This document shows positions 25,910 through 39,359 of a stretch of 64,000 nucleotides of DNA, one piece after another. Origin of the DNA: Camelus ferus. Its lineage: Eukaryota. Under the pieces are notes generated by a model that ran no database searches, was not told where the DNA came from, and saw nothing but the letters and a program-made list of their open reading frames with translations. How positions within the stretch are numbered: position 1 is the first letter of the stretch; each line of letters starts with the position of its first letter. A program made the translations under genes and the position numbers. The stretch is taken from the NCBI RefSeq assembly GCF_009834535.1, contig NC_045697.1, positions 6,512,001-6,576,000 on the forward strand, written 5' to 3'.

Positions 25910-26057
25910 TCAGGATGGAGACCAGGGGGAGGCAGGTGAAGCATTCACCTTAGGAACACAATTTAAGAAAGTGCCAAAAAAACACAGTAGTCAAGGTGAA
26001 CATGGTTTTAATGCAATTAAAAAATTAATGAAAAAACCCATTATGAAAAAATATCAT
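25910..26057 (+). mobile_element. MER96B-like hAT-Tip100 fragment
   Basis: acaatttaagaaagtgccaaaaaaacacagtagtcaag...ttttaatgcaat...attaatgaaaaaacccattatga. Confidence 0.55.
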
Positions 26058-26208
26058 GGTCACAAGGTGGCTGCAGTAATGCCAGGTGTCATATCCTTAC
26101 ACCACAAAATCCAAAGGTCAGAAAAATAACTTTATGGTTCAGAGAGAAAATAACTGTTAACCTGGAATTATATGTCCAATGAAGACACCATCTTAAGAAT
26201 GAGGGAAA

Positions 26209-26436
26209 TAAATAAAGAATAGATGAAGAAGATTATACTTTACAGCACAGGGAAATATCTACAAGATCTTGTGGTAGCTCACAGCGAAAAAAAAAATGTG
26301 ACAATGAGTATATGTACGTTCATGTGTAACTGAAAAATTGTGCTCTACACTGGAAATTGACACAACATTGTAAAATGACTATAACTCAATAAAATGTTAA
26401 AAAAATAAACAAAATGCCATTTTCCTTTAAAAAAAC
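26209..26436 (+). mobile_element. Young L1 3' end nested in the old L1, with an extra 3' tag
   Basis: Near-identical to 44870-45047; TSD agaatgagggaaa at 26196-26208 and 26437-26449. Confidence 0.9.
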
Positions 26437-29400
26437 AGAATGAGGGAAAAATAAAGGCATTTTCATTTTCTTATAATGGGCCTTGACACTAAAGAAAACT
26501 CCAATTTGTGTTCTTCATACTGAAAGGAAGTGATCTTCACTAAAAGTTTTGAAATATAAAAACAAAAGATGGTCAAAGATTATGTTAACTATTTGGGTAA
26601 CTATTTTAAAGCACTGACTGTTTAACACAATGACTAAGTCTTAAGGGATTGATAAGTAACAGAATTAAAACACGCGACTGCAGTAGCACACACATTGTGA
26701 GCGGGTGATCACAAATAAGGAATTGAAAAGTGCCTGTGTTATTCTAGAAGAGGGTTAAAAAACTTAGATGTTGATAATTTAATTATGTATTAAAATATCT
26801 AAGGAAATTACAAAAAAAATAGAATTAGAAGACATAACCAGTAAACTGGTAGCAGTATAATGGAGTGAGAAAAAAACTGTACACACACATGTACACACAC
26901 ACACACGCACATCAAACCCAAAGAAGGAAAGTAGAAAATCAAAAAGAGTAAAAAGGAAGAAATAGAAAAGGATAAGTAAATAGAAAGCACACAATAGTAT
27001 AGAAATAAATTTAGGTAGTTCAGTAATTATAATAATTGTGAATTAGTAAATTCTTCATTGAAAGATTGTTTTATTTTACTGGGTAAATGATTCCCAATCC
27101 AGTCATACACTTTTTGCATCTTTTATAAGGGATGTGCCTAAAACATAAGGGCATGAAAATTTTGGTATAAAATAATGTAAAAGATGTACTATTAAAATAA
27201 TAACTAAAAGAAATCTGTCTTGGCTATATTAATACCAGACAAAATAAGCTTTTTAGAAAAAAATCAGTTTTTCCTAAGAGGGTCACTACATAGTGACAAA
27301 ATAATTAATTCATCAGGAAGTATAACAATATGAAAATTCTATGTTCCTAATAACATACACATTTGCAATAACTATCAGGAAAAAAAACAAATACATCACC
27401 CTATTAAATATTTTTAATATCCAGTTTTGTAACTGATATGATAAAAATACAAAAGATCTATTCAAATAAAGATTTAAATAATATAATTAAGGAGATTGTT
27501 CTTACAGTTATTTTTGAAACATTGCATTCAGTTACGATGGTGCACACTTTCTTTTCAAGCATGCATGGAACACTGCAAAAAAATTGCCCTTTATTTGAAC
27601 ATAAAGCAAGTTCTCAAAAATTTTTACAAAATAATATCATATAGACTATTTTCTATGACCACAGTATAATTAGGCTAGATATTAGTGACAAACGGAAATT
27701 AAAAACTCCAACTCTACTTGGAAATATCAAGTCACAAGTCAAAGAATAAATGATAATGAAAATAAAAATATTTAAATCTGAAAAATAATGTAAAAATACA
27801 TAGCTGAAATATCTATGTTAGAAAAAGAGAAAAGCTAAAATTTAATTACCAAAGCACCTAACTTAGTAGATCAGTGAAATAACAGGTATAATGTCAAGAA
27901 CATAGACAGAAGGAAATAAGGAAGCTAAAAGCAGAAGTTACTAAAATAGAACATAAAATTGTAATGGAGAGGGCTAATGACATTGATAACCTTGGGCAAA
28001 CTTGATCAAGAAGGAAAGGGGAGTCATCAACAGACAAAATTAGGAATGGAAAAGGAGACTATAGGCACAACAGAGGTTAAAACAATAAGAAAATATCATT
28101 GAATAAACAAATACATAGAAAAATACGTAACATCAAAAATTACTCATGAGAAAGTAGTAAAACTGAGCATCTTTCTAGAACCAACAATGATATTGAATCA
28201 ATAGTTGAAAATCTTCCCCAAGGAAATACCAATGTAAGATAGTCTTATTGATAAAGGGACAATTTATTACCCACTGAGAATACAAGATCAGGAAATACCC
28301 TCTAACTCATTGGACAAAGCTGGCACAAGTCTGAGCCAATATCCAGCAAGGACAGAAAGAGAGAAAAATTATAAGGCATTCTCACTAATATGCATTACTG
28401 ATTCATTGCACCAATATACTAAAAATTAACATGTCATGTCCAAGTTGTATTTATCTCAGAAATTAAAGTTTTGTTTACCATTAGAAAGTCTATTAATTTA
28501 AATCATTACATTAACAGTAAGGGAAGGGAAAATATATAATCATCTCAATAAATACAGAAAAATATTGATTAAATTGAATTCTTCTTTATAATTAAAACAA
28601 AAAAGACTCTTGGCAACCTAGAGTCTTTGACCTGATATTCAAAACCTACCAATATCTGAAAACAAGGCTTATATTTTGTGCTCCACTATTGAAAACATTC
28701 CCATTAAGAACAAGTGTGTTCACTATCACCCCTTAGTTTATCATTGTTTTGAAGGTCCTAACCAGTACCATCAGGCAGAAAAAAAAGTATGAAAAATGGA
28801 AAGAAAGCTACAAAATTAGATTACTTACAGAGGACATTATCATTGACATAGCAAAGTCAAAAGAATGAACTGATAGTTATTAGAACTGATTAAACATTTT
28901 GCAAGCCTGCTGCAGACATCATCTCTAAAAACATACATACCAGCTACAAACATCTAAACATAAAACTGGGGTAGTATCTTAACATTTATAATACCATTAA
29001 AATACATAAAATGCCTAGAAACAAATCTCTCAAAAGATGTTAAAGTCTAGTCCTTTGGGGGAGAAAATTATAAAACACTATGAAATTATGTTGAAGAAGT
29101 TTTCTCTGTCTCTATCTCTCTGTCTCTGGGGATATGTAATATGTTCATGAACAGGAAAATTCAGTTTCATAAAGATGCCATTTCTCTTCAAAATTATCTA
29201 TAGATTCAGAGTAATTCCAATCAAAATCCCAAAAGGTTGTGTGGGTGTGTATACATATTGATAAGCTGATTTTAATGTGTCTATTAAAGAGTAAACATTC
29301 AAGAGGCAATTTGTTGATAAAGTAAAAACTGGGGGTTGTTAATTCCCAGATACCATGAATTACTACAAAGTTATACTAATTAGGACTTGTGTAATTGATC

Positions 29401-30479
29401 TGGTGTGGACACATTAATCACGGCACAGTAGAGGATGCCCAGAAAAAGATCCACCTCTGTAAGAAAGCTTGGCCATGCCAGAGCTGTCATTGTGGATCAG
29501 TGTAGAAGGGATGGGCTTTTTCACACATGATGCTAAATAAATTACCTGTATGAAAAAAATGATCCTCCCCAACTTGATTCCACCCACAAGTTAATCAATT
29601 CCAGGCTGATTAAAGGCCTAAAAGTAAAAGACAAGTTTTATGATGGTTAGAATTCAGTATAGGAAACTATCTTAATGATCTCAGGGTAAGGAAAGTTTCT
29701 TTAAGCAATACCCAAAATCGACAAACCAGAAAGAAGAGTTTGTTATGCTCAATTGCTTTAAAATTACTGTCACCAAAAGACAACATCAAAAGAGAATGAA
29801 AACTCAAGTCGCAAACTGGGAAAAGGATCCAGAATAAATAACTCATACAAATCAACATGAAAAAGGCAAAAACTGACAGAAAAGTGAATGAAAGATTTTA
29901 ACTATCTCTGTGTGTAGATGAGAAAACCGAATGGCTAGTAAATATCTGAAAAGATGCTCAACCACAACCACAGTCAACAAAAGGTAGATTAACCCCCCAC
30001 TCCACACCAGTATGGTAGACATTAAAACGGCCAGGATGGAGGTTTGACGAGGTGGTGAGGAAAATGGGCCACTTACGCACATTTGCAGGAATGTAAAATG
30101 GCCTGCTGACTTTGGAAGCTGTGGCATCATCTGATAAAACTGGAGCTGTGCATACTCTGTGCTCCGGAAACTTCAATCCTAAGAATATGCCTTTATACAC
30201 AGACACTCTTGAATACATGGTCCAAGACACAAACTAGAATGTTCTTAGCAGCCCTGATGTAAACAAAATCTGGAAAACAATCCAAGCATCTGTTGCCTGA
30301 ACAGTGATAAATAAATAGCATTATATGCACTTAAGGAAAGCTTATACAGCCATGAAATTGAAGGAACTGTGGCTACTACAATAGCATGGATTATCTTTGA
30401 AATGTAAATTGGGGCAGTCATAAAACAGATTGTAGAATGATAATAGCTAATATGTATAGAGCCTGCCTTATGTTCCATT

Positions 30480-30650
30480 TATATACAAATGTCTTAAACA
30501 ATCAGCTCATTTAATCTTCACAAGCCCACTAGGAAGGAAGCACTCTTACTATTTTCATTTTGCAGTTGAGGAAACAGACACACTTTACTAACTGGCTCAA
30601 GGTCTCACAATGGACCCGGGTGTCAAAAACCAGGTAGTCTGGGTGCAAAA
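30480..30650 (-). mobile_element. MIR nested in old L1 3' UTR
   Basis: ctcatttaatcttcacaa...cattttgcagttgaggaaacaga...actggctcaaggtctcaca. Confidence 0.7.
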
Positions 30651-31499
30651 TAGACTCTGTAGTATGATTTGGTTTTGGCCTAAAGTTCAAAATAAAGCAA
30701 AACCAAATGGATTATTTTTAATGATACAACCATATGTTGTAAAATTAAAAATAAAAGTGAGTGAATGATTAACCCAAAATTCAGGACAGTTGTTCCCTGT
30801 GGGGGGTGAGGAGTTGCGATCATAGAAATGTGAATGGAAATTGCAAAAATAAGAGCAATTTAAAAAAACTGAGAATGAGTGCATGTGTCTAAATGTTTTA
30901 TTGTTCTGTGTACCTTATGCATATTTTATAACTATTCTTTTGTTTCTATTGAATATTTAAAGCAATTGCAGAAAATAAAGGAAGAAGATGAAAACTTGCT
31001 GACATGGCAGAAAAAGACTTATTTCTTCCTCATAAAATTTCTTGGATCTTTGCTGATAGAATCCTTAGAAAAGTCCACAGAAACTGACCCGGGTGTAGAA
31101 TTTTCATTACCCAAAGAAGTTTTGTTTAAACAGACAACAAAGGGCAGCACAAATGCCTCTAATTTCAGCCTATCCAAAAGGCAACATGGCAGGGCAGCAA
31201 AAAATTCATTTCAGCAACACAGGATTTTAAATCATGTAACCCAAACTCAGGCCTTTATCTTCCTTGTGGTTATAGATTGATGCTCCTTCTTTTTGCCATT
31301 GATAAAGAGATACGGGAAATAGAATTCCACCACCCATCATAAATTGCTGAGAAATTATTCCTCCAATTACTTAGATTCAGTTTTTAAGTAACAAAATTCA
31401 AATTGTCAGCTATTTTAATGTTGTCCTTTGTATTAAGTCCTGATGGAGCTTTTCCAGCTGCAGTAATTACTTAAGAAAGTCTACCCCTACTCTCCTCCA

Positions 31500-31810
31500 T
31501 TTACTACTGTGCAATATCTCATCGTTCCCCAAGCTCAGCTCAACTGTCATCTCCTCTGTGAGGGTGTCTCTTCTAACACCACCATGCTCATCCCCAAGAT
31601 TTGCTCCCTAACGGAGTCACCAGTCACTCCTCTGTGTCCCCTTAGCACTTTGCACACACTTGGAACAACAACAAAAAACCCTTATTAGCATTCTCCTTGC
31701 CCACTATGAGTTGTTGATTGTCATTCTCACCTAGACTGGATGTTCTTCAAGGTAGGATATCAAATCCTACAAATCCCTAAGCTGAATGCTGAATATCTAA
31801 CGGCAAAGGG
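31500..31810 (+). mobile_element. L2 LINE fragment
   Basis: ctcagctcaactgtcatctcctctgtgagg...ctagactggatgttcttcaaggtagg. Confidence 0.6.
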
Positions 31811-31854
31811 TCTTACATGAGGTGATGACTGTGATGATTATAAAAATAGCAGAC

Positions 31855-32415
31855 AGTATCTGTTTTAGGGCCGTCTTGCTGCATAACATGCAAGTCTAAA
31901 GGCAGTGGCTTAGAAACAATGATTTGTTTTGATCTCTCCTGGTTCTCAGCTGGTTGGGTTCCTCTTAGATCCTCCATGCTGTTGTATTCAGATGTTTATC
32001 TCAAAGCTAGACTGAGCTGAATGCCCAAGATGACTTCCTGACTCTTAAGTCTCTTAAGTGCCTGGTGCCTGATGCCTGGTGCCCAGTGCCCCTCAGACTC
32101 CATGTCTCTCCATGAGATCTGTCTCCCCAGGGTTTCTCCACATGACCAGAGTGCCTCACAGCATGGTGGTCATAGCATATGACTGATGGAAGCAGATAGA
32201 AAGCAGAGCTGCCTGGCTGTTAAAGCCTCTGCCCAGACTTGGCACAGTGTCCCTTCTGTCATATCCCATTGGTCAACACAGCCACAGGCTCACACAAGGT
32301 AAAGCAGGTGGAGAAATAGACTCACCTCTGAATGGGGAGTGTGCAGGTCACATGGCACTAGAGCAGGTGGGATGGGAGATACTGTGGTCACGTTTAGGAA
32401 GTACCATCAGCTACA
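31855..32415 (-). mobile_element. Old MLT1 (H/I-like) MaLR solo LTR
   Basis: ttgctgcataaca...agtggcttagaaacaatgattt...ttctgtcatatcccattggtcaa...ggagaaatagactcacctct. Confidence 0.7.
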
Positions 32416-32419
32416 ACAT

Positions 32420-32620
32420 CTACCAAATGTTCCCCACGTGCCAGACACGGTGCTAAACACACTGCACACATTGAATCACTTAACCTTCTCAACAACCCTT
32501 TTAGATAATTACTATTTCTATTTCTATTTGATAGAAAAGAAAATGAGGCTCAGAGAGGCTGTCTAAAATGGCACAGCTGGTCAGCGTCAGAGCTGAGTCC
32601 CATTAAGTCAGCACAGGGCC
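32420..32620 (-). mobile_element. MIR SINE
   Basis: gtgccagacacggtgctaaacac...aaaatgaggctcagagagg. Confidence 0.75.
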
Positions 32621-33409
32621 CACTGTATTACACACTGAAGCATTTGTCCACCTCAACATGGGAGCTAAATAAATGTTTGAGTCTAATATTGCCTTTCTTG
32701 GGTTAACTCAACAGAAGTATTTTTAAGCTTCTAAAATATATACCTTCAGTTTTAAATTTTACATCCCCTCTCCAAAATAATAATAGGGGAAGAATTGAAG
32801 TCGAGAATGGAGAACCAAGCAGGAGAAACTCATACTTTCCTACTGGATATTTAGCCTGTGATAAAACTTCTCTGCTCTTGTTTGTGATCTGGTCTCTCTT
32901 CTCCAGAAATTCTGAAATTCCAGGCAGCCAGGCTCTCAGGAAATACCTTTTTTTCCTTTCTATTGGGTTCATTTTCCAGGATGTGCTGATATTGGCCTCA
33001 AGTCAAATTTATTCAAAACTTCTGGAAAACTTTTCACCTTTTTGGTTATCGAGTGTATTTGGATATGATCAAAGGTTTGCATGAAGTTGACTTTCCTTCC
33101 TATACCTTATTTGTGGGGAAAGTGTCAGGTATGTATAAAGTGGAACATGCAATCGACTGGTAGTTTGGCCCTCATGAAGGACTCAACCACAAACGCCGGG
33201 TCTTGTTTTCAATTTCTCTGCACATTTACATAATCTAATACTTTGTGATCATTATAAACTGTCATTGGGGGTCAGCTTCTCCAAACACTGGCTTGGCTGA
33301 TAACACTCCCTGGGATGGCTGGGTTTGCTCATTGCCAGGTAACAACAGATGTCCAAATCTTAACATTCGGACATGGTTAGAGTCATAGAGTTTGTCAAAT
33401 TAGTTCATG

Positions 33410-33690
33410 GAGGGTGTTAATTTCCAGCAGTGGAAGAATATAAAAAATGATGAAAGATTGCATAGCTGTAAAAATGACTTTAGTAACATTGGAAAATATT
33501 TATGGTATATTAAAATTAAAAAACAAAATAGAATGAATAGTTGTATAAGGAAGCCAAAAAGCAAATACCCAACAGTGCTAACTCTTTTTCAGTGGACTGA
33601 TTAGTGTATTTTTTCTTTATTCCTATTTTTTTTTTGTATTTAAAAGTTTTCTACAATAAATATACATTACTCGAATGATAACAATAAATG
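33410..33690 (+). mobile_element. L1ME-like 3' end fragment
   Basis: tttttttgtatttaaaagttttctacaataaatatacattact. Confidence 0.55.
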
Positions 33691-34997
33691 CAGATGTTAA
33701 ATAAGTCACAACCTTCTTTATTTTGTGGTGTTTTTAAAGTCTATATCTATGAAAAGTCCAACCTTGTGGCTAGTTAGCAGGAGACTAAGTTTGTTCAGCT
33801 GGAAGTTTCCCAAGTGGTGGTAGGTGAGTTAAATCAGCTAGTTCATCTCCAACTGACAATCCTGCCATTATGAAAGACGTAAGGCTATCTTAAAGTCCTC
33901 CACTCCCCCATCACCACCCAGCTTCACGAGTCTCAGGGTCAGCCACACCTGCTGCTCCTGCAGTGGTGTCTCTGGCCATGTCTGCAACCTCTGGCCAACT
34001 CGCTCCTATGACCTCTCACAGCTTGCAACATTTTAATTGCCGGCCAACCACGACACCGAATCTCAGCCACGTGACTTTGATAGCACCAGTGGGCGACACT
34101 GGTTGGCTTGAGAGTTGGTTCCTAATTACTCCTGAGAAGGCAGCCACACTGACTACTCTGTTGGGTGCAAGACTCTAATCTCAGGATGCCAACATTGCTG
34201 CTTCTCCTTTCCCCCAAATTCAGTGGGATTTACACTTATTAATTCCTGCAAATCAAAATGCAGTTGCTTCCTGAGGTCAAAGGCAGGGGGTCTCACATAT
34301 ATCATGATGGAAAATAATGACCTGGAATTGACAAGGAGTTTTATCATGCATCCATATAGAGGGAAATATTTGTTGGGCATTTCCTGTGCACCAGATATTG
34401 AACTGGGCCCTTTGGGTATCCATCACCACCCAGTGATTGAATGAATTTTATCAGGCAAGTTTTCAAAGGGAAAATATGCCCCTCATAAGCAAAACAGTCA
34501 TTCAGTTTGGGAATGTGTCCCTGATGGGCTACATCCAAGGATGGTTTTCCTAGTTGTTGTGAAGCAGTTCAGTATGGCACAAAGATCACAGATTTTGGAG
34601 TCAAAGGGATGTGGCTTTAACTGACTCTGAACTGGGGAGGCTATTATCCCAAAGTGAGGGATTCTCATGTGGTGACATGGGAAGGGGGTTTCAGTGCTGA
34701 GTAGCCGACAGCATGGCGCAGATGGTGTCAAATGACTAACAGAGTTCTTGGCCTGTAGGCACGACTCGCCTGTAGGACTTTTTATTCTTTCTGCCCTTTC
34801 ATTCTCATAACTAGGCACTGAATTCAAGTGGAAAAGTATTAGGAAAGTATTATTATTTTGCTTATTGATTAATGATTGACATTTACTTGAAGCTGGCTTC
34901 AATGATGTCAATACAAAGAGGCACTTTCTTATACTTTTTAAACTTACTGTCTCAGAAGGTAGTGAGCCCTTTATCCTAAGACTATTCAGGAAGTCTC

Positions 34998-35155
34998 TAA
35001 ATGGTAAGGGGTTTCTTTTGGGGTTGATGAAAATGTTCAGACATCTGGTAAGGAACTTGTATCTGCAATATATAGGGAATATAAAAATACTAAAATTGAT
35101 GTGGGTGATGGTTGCCCGGTTCCATAAATATACTAAAAAACACTGTACACTTATA
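34998..35155 (+). mobile_element. L1MB-like 3' UTR fragment with an internal ~52-bp insert
   Basis: ggtttcttttggggttgatgaaaatgttc...taaaattgatgtgggtgatggttgc...atatactaaaaaacactgtacactt. Confidence 0.7.
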
Positions 35156-35805
35156 AAGTAATGAAGAAGCCTTCACGTGAGAACAATGATCAGTCACTTC
35201 TGTACATTTATCTACAGAGTCCAATCATCTGAAAACATAAATCCAGAGCCAAAACGGGAAGAGAAGTTTTGGGGTTAAAACGATCTTGGGTGACCCGAAG
35301 CTGAAATTAGCCTTGGTAATTGGTTTTAACCACAGCATACATTGCCTAATAAAAGCTACATGTGCACGCTGGAAAAAACAAAAGAGCCTCAATTCTATCT
35401 CACAGAGCTGTTGCTAATGGGGTTACAGCCATGTGTGGAAGCTTGAATTCCAAACCTCTAAGATTCTCTCTTTTTGAGACAAACTCTAATTTTTATCTAC
35501 CATCAAAACTGTTTCCAAAATAGACGTGAAAGACAAGTTCCCCGAAGCAAGAAAAGAAACACTAGGTTATTGTCAAAGAATTTGATTAAACTTGCGTTCC
35601 TATGTAATACTAGACTATCACAGAATAATTGTGTTACATGCGACATAGCACCGCATGCTAGGAACCAGGGGACACAGCCTATTCTAACACTCCTAGGGTG
35701 TAAAGTATTACGTTAAATCTTGGCAATAAAACTGCCTCGTAAAACTTTATAGGTAACAACTGAAACATCCAACATCAAGGTCAAGAGAAAAATCACCAGA
35801 TAAAA

Positions 35806-36121
35806 TATAGATCCACCATTTGTTCTCCAAATTCCTTAGGGCTAGGGGTTCAGGATATTTTGGATTTTAGGAAAGTAATATTGTGCCTGTGTTGAATCCT
35901 ATGTAATATCCCCAGTAAGCTCTGAAGTAGCACCCGTTCATTAAACACGTTCCTGTTCCTACAGTGACACACGGATATTCATACCAAGTGGGTCAAACAA
36001 AGAACATACGGCACTTCACCTTACTGGAGGTTGCATTTTGTCATCAAATTAGTTATGGAGAAGTTTTCAGTATCCTGAAGCCTATCGGCTTTGGAATGAT
36101 GGATAAGGGATAGTGAACCTT
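35806..36121 (-). mobile_element. MER46C-like TcMar-Tigger MITE
   Basis: ttggattttaggaaagtaata...gatattcataccaagtggg...ggataagggatagtgaacct match the recalled consensus in reverse. Confidence 0.65.
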
Positions 36122-36999
36122 TTTTAAGCATTACTCTTAATAACACCCTGATTTTTAAAAAAGATTTACTCATGTGGGCCAAGGGTCATAATACAAAGCA
36201 TTACGAATAACTGAAAGCAGTACAAGTTTTAAAAGTAGGCTTCCTGAAATGTCAGAATATCACACAAAGATATAGAAAATGAAATCTGTAACAAAAGAGT
36301 GGTTATTTCTGGCCACTGGCATAATTGGGGATTTTCATTTTCTTCTTGGTACTTCTGTATATTTTCTAAAATTTCTGTGAGGCCTAGGAGTCATTTTCAG
36401 GATAAACAAAGCTAGTTTACTGTTAGAACTCTTTAGCATATTTCAAAGTGGACGCCTTGAGGGCACTGGCTCTCCCATCAGCCCCCTGTCCGGGATGTAT
36501 GAGAGCATCTTCCCCAGAGTTCCCACAGGAGCCTGGCCAGAGAGGGCGTTTGCTTACTGGAAGGGCCGGGAAGCAATCACTCTAGCGACCTCGTCTCTCC
36601 CCAAACACTCAGAACCGCAGAACCAGGGATCTAATCTGTTCTGTCCAGAATGATGAAGAGATACTGGAAGCCAAATCTGAGACTCCGGTGTCCAGCCCTG
36701 AGGGCGTAATGGACAGAGGGCAAGTTTTGATGCTGAGACAGTTCATGTAGACTAGCCTGCTGATTTCAGAGGCAATTTAGAATCAGGACATCGGGACGCC
36801 ATAGCATTGTGGAGTCTTCCCATCACTTCCTACGTAATACGAAAATGATTTTCTTAACTTACGGCTAATGCTTTTTGAGGGCAGGGACTAGATCCTGTTC
36901 ATCTTTGTAAGGGAGGTGCCAGGCTCAGTGCCCAGCAAAGTGTGTACTAGTCAGTAAATGCTTTTGACCCAGCTGATACACTTAAAGGGAAATGCACGT

Positions 37000-37080
37000 A
37001 TGCGTACTTACTCGTGTGTATGTGTGTGTGTATATACATATACATCTATATGTGTGTGCATGTGTATAAATATATAATCT
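37000..37080. repeat. Degenerate (TG)n/(TA)n repeat
   Basis: Directly visible. Confidence 0.8.
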
Positions 37081-37249
37081 ATTTCTATATCATCCTTTTA
37101 TTTGTGTTTATTCATTCCTTCTTTGTAAAAGTGCCCAAATGGAGAGAGTAAGAAATTAGCTGTAGTTACAAAGACCATTAAAGATTCCACGTTATAAAAT
37201 CAGAATTCCAGATTATAGAATTGGGAGATGTGTTACACCGCATTTTGAA

Positions 37250-37810
37250 AGCTGTGCTACAGACTAGACTCAGTTGAGCGTTAAAAGAACATCCCACTGG
37301 AATGAAGGGCTGCAAATGGCAAAATATCCTTCTTTCTTATGGGTGAGTTGTATTCCATTGCATATATAAGCTGCATCTTCTTTATCCATTCATCTGTTGA
37401 TGTTCACCTATGATGCTTCCATATCTTGGCAATTATAAATAATGCCATTAATAGTGGGGTGTATGTATCTTTTTGAATTCATTCTTATTTTGTGGTTGGC
37501 TTTATTCCTTTGATAACTATGTAAGTTTAAAAAGCTAAAGCTCTAAGCACTTAGAAACAGTGAACAGTACATATACGTAAATTTAAAAATATGTACAGTA
37601 TATTGTGTACATGTATTTACATGAAATATATTCTATATGTGTGGTCAAATTGTAACAATTCTACCTAATAAAACTGAAAAATGAAAAAAAAAGAACATCC
37701 CACGGTCCAGGTATTCTGATTTCTTTGGTCGGGGGAAGGTCACTGAAGCTGCTGTTTGTTTAAAGCTTCCTTGATTATTCTACTGATCAGCCAGGTTTAA
37801 AATCTACTGC
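37250..37810. mobile_element. MER5-like hAT MITE split by a retro-insertion
   Basis: Right part gtattctgatttctttggtc...aaagcttccttgattattctactgatcagccaggtttaaaatctactg. Confidence 0.55.
37298..37688 (+). pseudogene. L1-mobilised retrocopy of an RNA 3' end (antisense L1 piece + unique sequence + AATAAA + A-tail)
   Basis: Perfect 15-bp TSD aaaagaacatcccac (37283-37297, 37689-37703) at a TT/AAAA site; AATAAA at 37667-37672. Confidence 0.7.
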
Positions 37811-38075
37811 CTTGAATTAACTGGTTTAATGCTTTTCATAGAGGAAGGGGTGCTCCCCCAGGCATAGCAGAACAAAACCCTGTGTGTGTATGTGTGTGTG
37901 TAGTTAGCTATGTGTGCATGTACATGTGTAGGTGGAGCGAAGCAAATTTCCAATTTATTGTGCTCATGCAACATCCAATTCGTGACTGACTTCTCTGAGT
38001 CACATCTTGATAAATATCAGAGCTACCTGTGCAGGCTGCCAGGACGGAAATGGCTCTGGGAACCATTGTTCTTCA

Positions 38076-38152
38076 GTCAGATGCTTCTCAAACTTTAATG
38101 TGACTATAAATCAACTGGGGATCTTATAAAAGTACAGATTCAGATTCAGCAA
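38076..38152. mobile_element. MER5A-like fragment
   Basis: gcttctcaaactttaatgtg...aaatcaactggggatcttataaaagtacagattcagattcagc. Confidence 0.7.
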
Positions 38153-39359
38153 CCTTACAGGAGAAAACTAATGTTTATGAATTTATGACGATTTGGTCTG
38201 TTTTCTGGTCTATGTATTGGCATCTTCACATCTGATGTGACTCTAAAGCTAAATTCAAAAAGTGCTCTTTGGAAAGCTTGATCAGAAGCAATTGCCAAGA
38301 GCTCACTGTGTGGCTGAAAAACAAAGCTACCCCGAGTCATGAGAGGGAGATGCCACTCCTCTTTACGAAGGAGACCCTCGGCACAGGATGCCACCATGGA
38401 GAGAAACAGAAGCAAGGGCTGAAGGGTAGGGATTCTTGACTACAAAGCCAAAGGGAAACTCACAGCAAATATTGCTGAGATTGTCAGAGTAACCCCACTT
38501 TGTCACCAAAGAGGGATATGGGTCTGAAGCTGGGGCTGCTGCCTTTGTGCCACCCTGGGCACCAACCATGTGCCTAGCGGCTGCCTGTGCGGCCCAGACA
38601 TCACCTGGTTACCCTGGGCTGTCCATCAGCCTCCCTCTAGGACCAGGGATCCACCCAGGAGCCAGGCACTCCTCCTCTCCAGGTCAGATCCTACTTTCCG
38701 GAGGAGGGTTGTAAGTAACTTCTCAAATCTCCAGGGGTCAGGTAACTTCCTGAATAATGTACAGCTGTACAGTGACCAGACAAGGCAAGGTATTTACACC
38801 AGGCCTGCCTGAGTCTGAATCTCATGTTCGTTTTCACACAACGACTGCTCATTTCACACAGAGAAGAACCATACTGCCTTTCCAATTGGCAAAATAAAGC
38901 AAATAAATAGATACGTAGACTGATTCTAAAATTAGTACACTAACTTTCTCAATTTAAAGGTCTTTTGTTTTCTTACAACTTGGAGGCCTGCTACCTTTTT
39001 TATTATATTCATAGACATTAGGTATGGGACGAACTTTCTACTGATTCAGATACACATTTGGATATCCCCAACCGACCACATCACCCACCCCAGGTGCTCC
39101 ACAAAGAGAAGGTGGGATTCCGGGTTCTCTGCGGTGGGAATGAGGGTGCAAACTGCTGGCCTTTTCCTTCTCATGTTACACGTGGGTGTGAAGTGATGGG
39201 TGGTTTCGGATGCCCTCCTGGCATTCTGGTGCTGAGTGTCTCTAGTCCCTGCACCCTGCTCCCACGACCCCCCTGCATCCATGAATCTGCTCTGGGGGAC
39301 AACAAGGGGCCTGCCCGCAAAAAAATTCGCTGTTAATGGGGCAGGTGCTCACTGAGCAC

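Larger units (their letters stand above)
26135..30960 (+). mobile_element. Heavily decayed old L1 (L1M/L1ME-like): ORF1 3' remnant, ORF2 remnant and 3' UTR
   Basis: A-rich ~4.8 kb with collinear L1 landmarks: ttttcaagcatgcatggaaca, ttctatgaccacagtataat, aatcatctcaataaatacagaaaa, ttgaaggtcctaaccagtacc, tctatagattcagagtaattccaatcaaaatccc, gaaaagatgctcaacc; no intact ORF. Confidence 0.85.
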
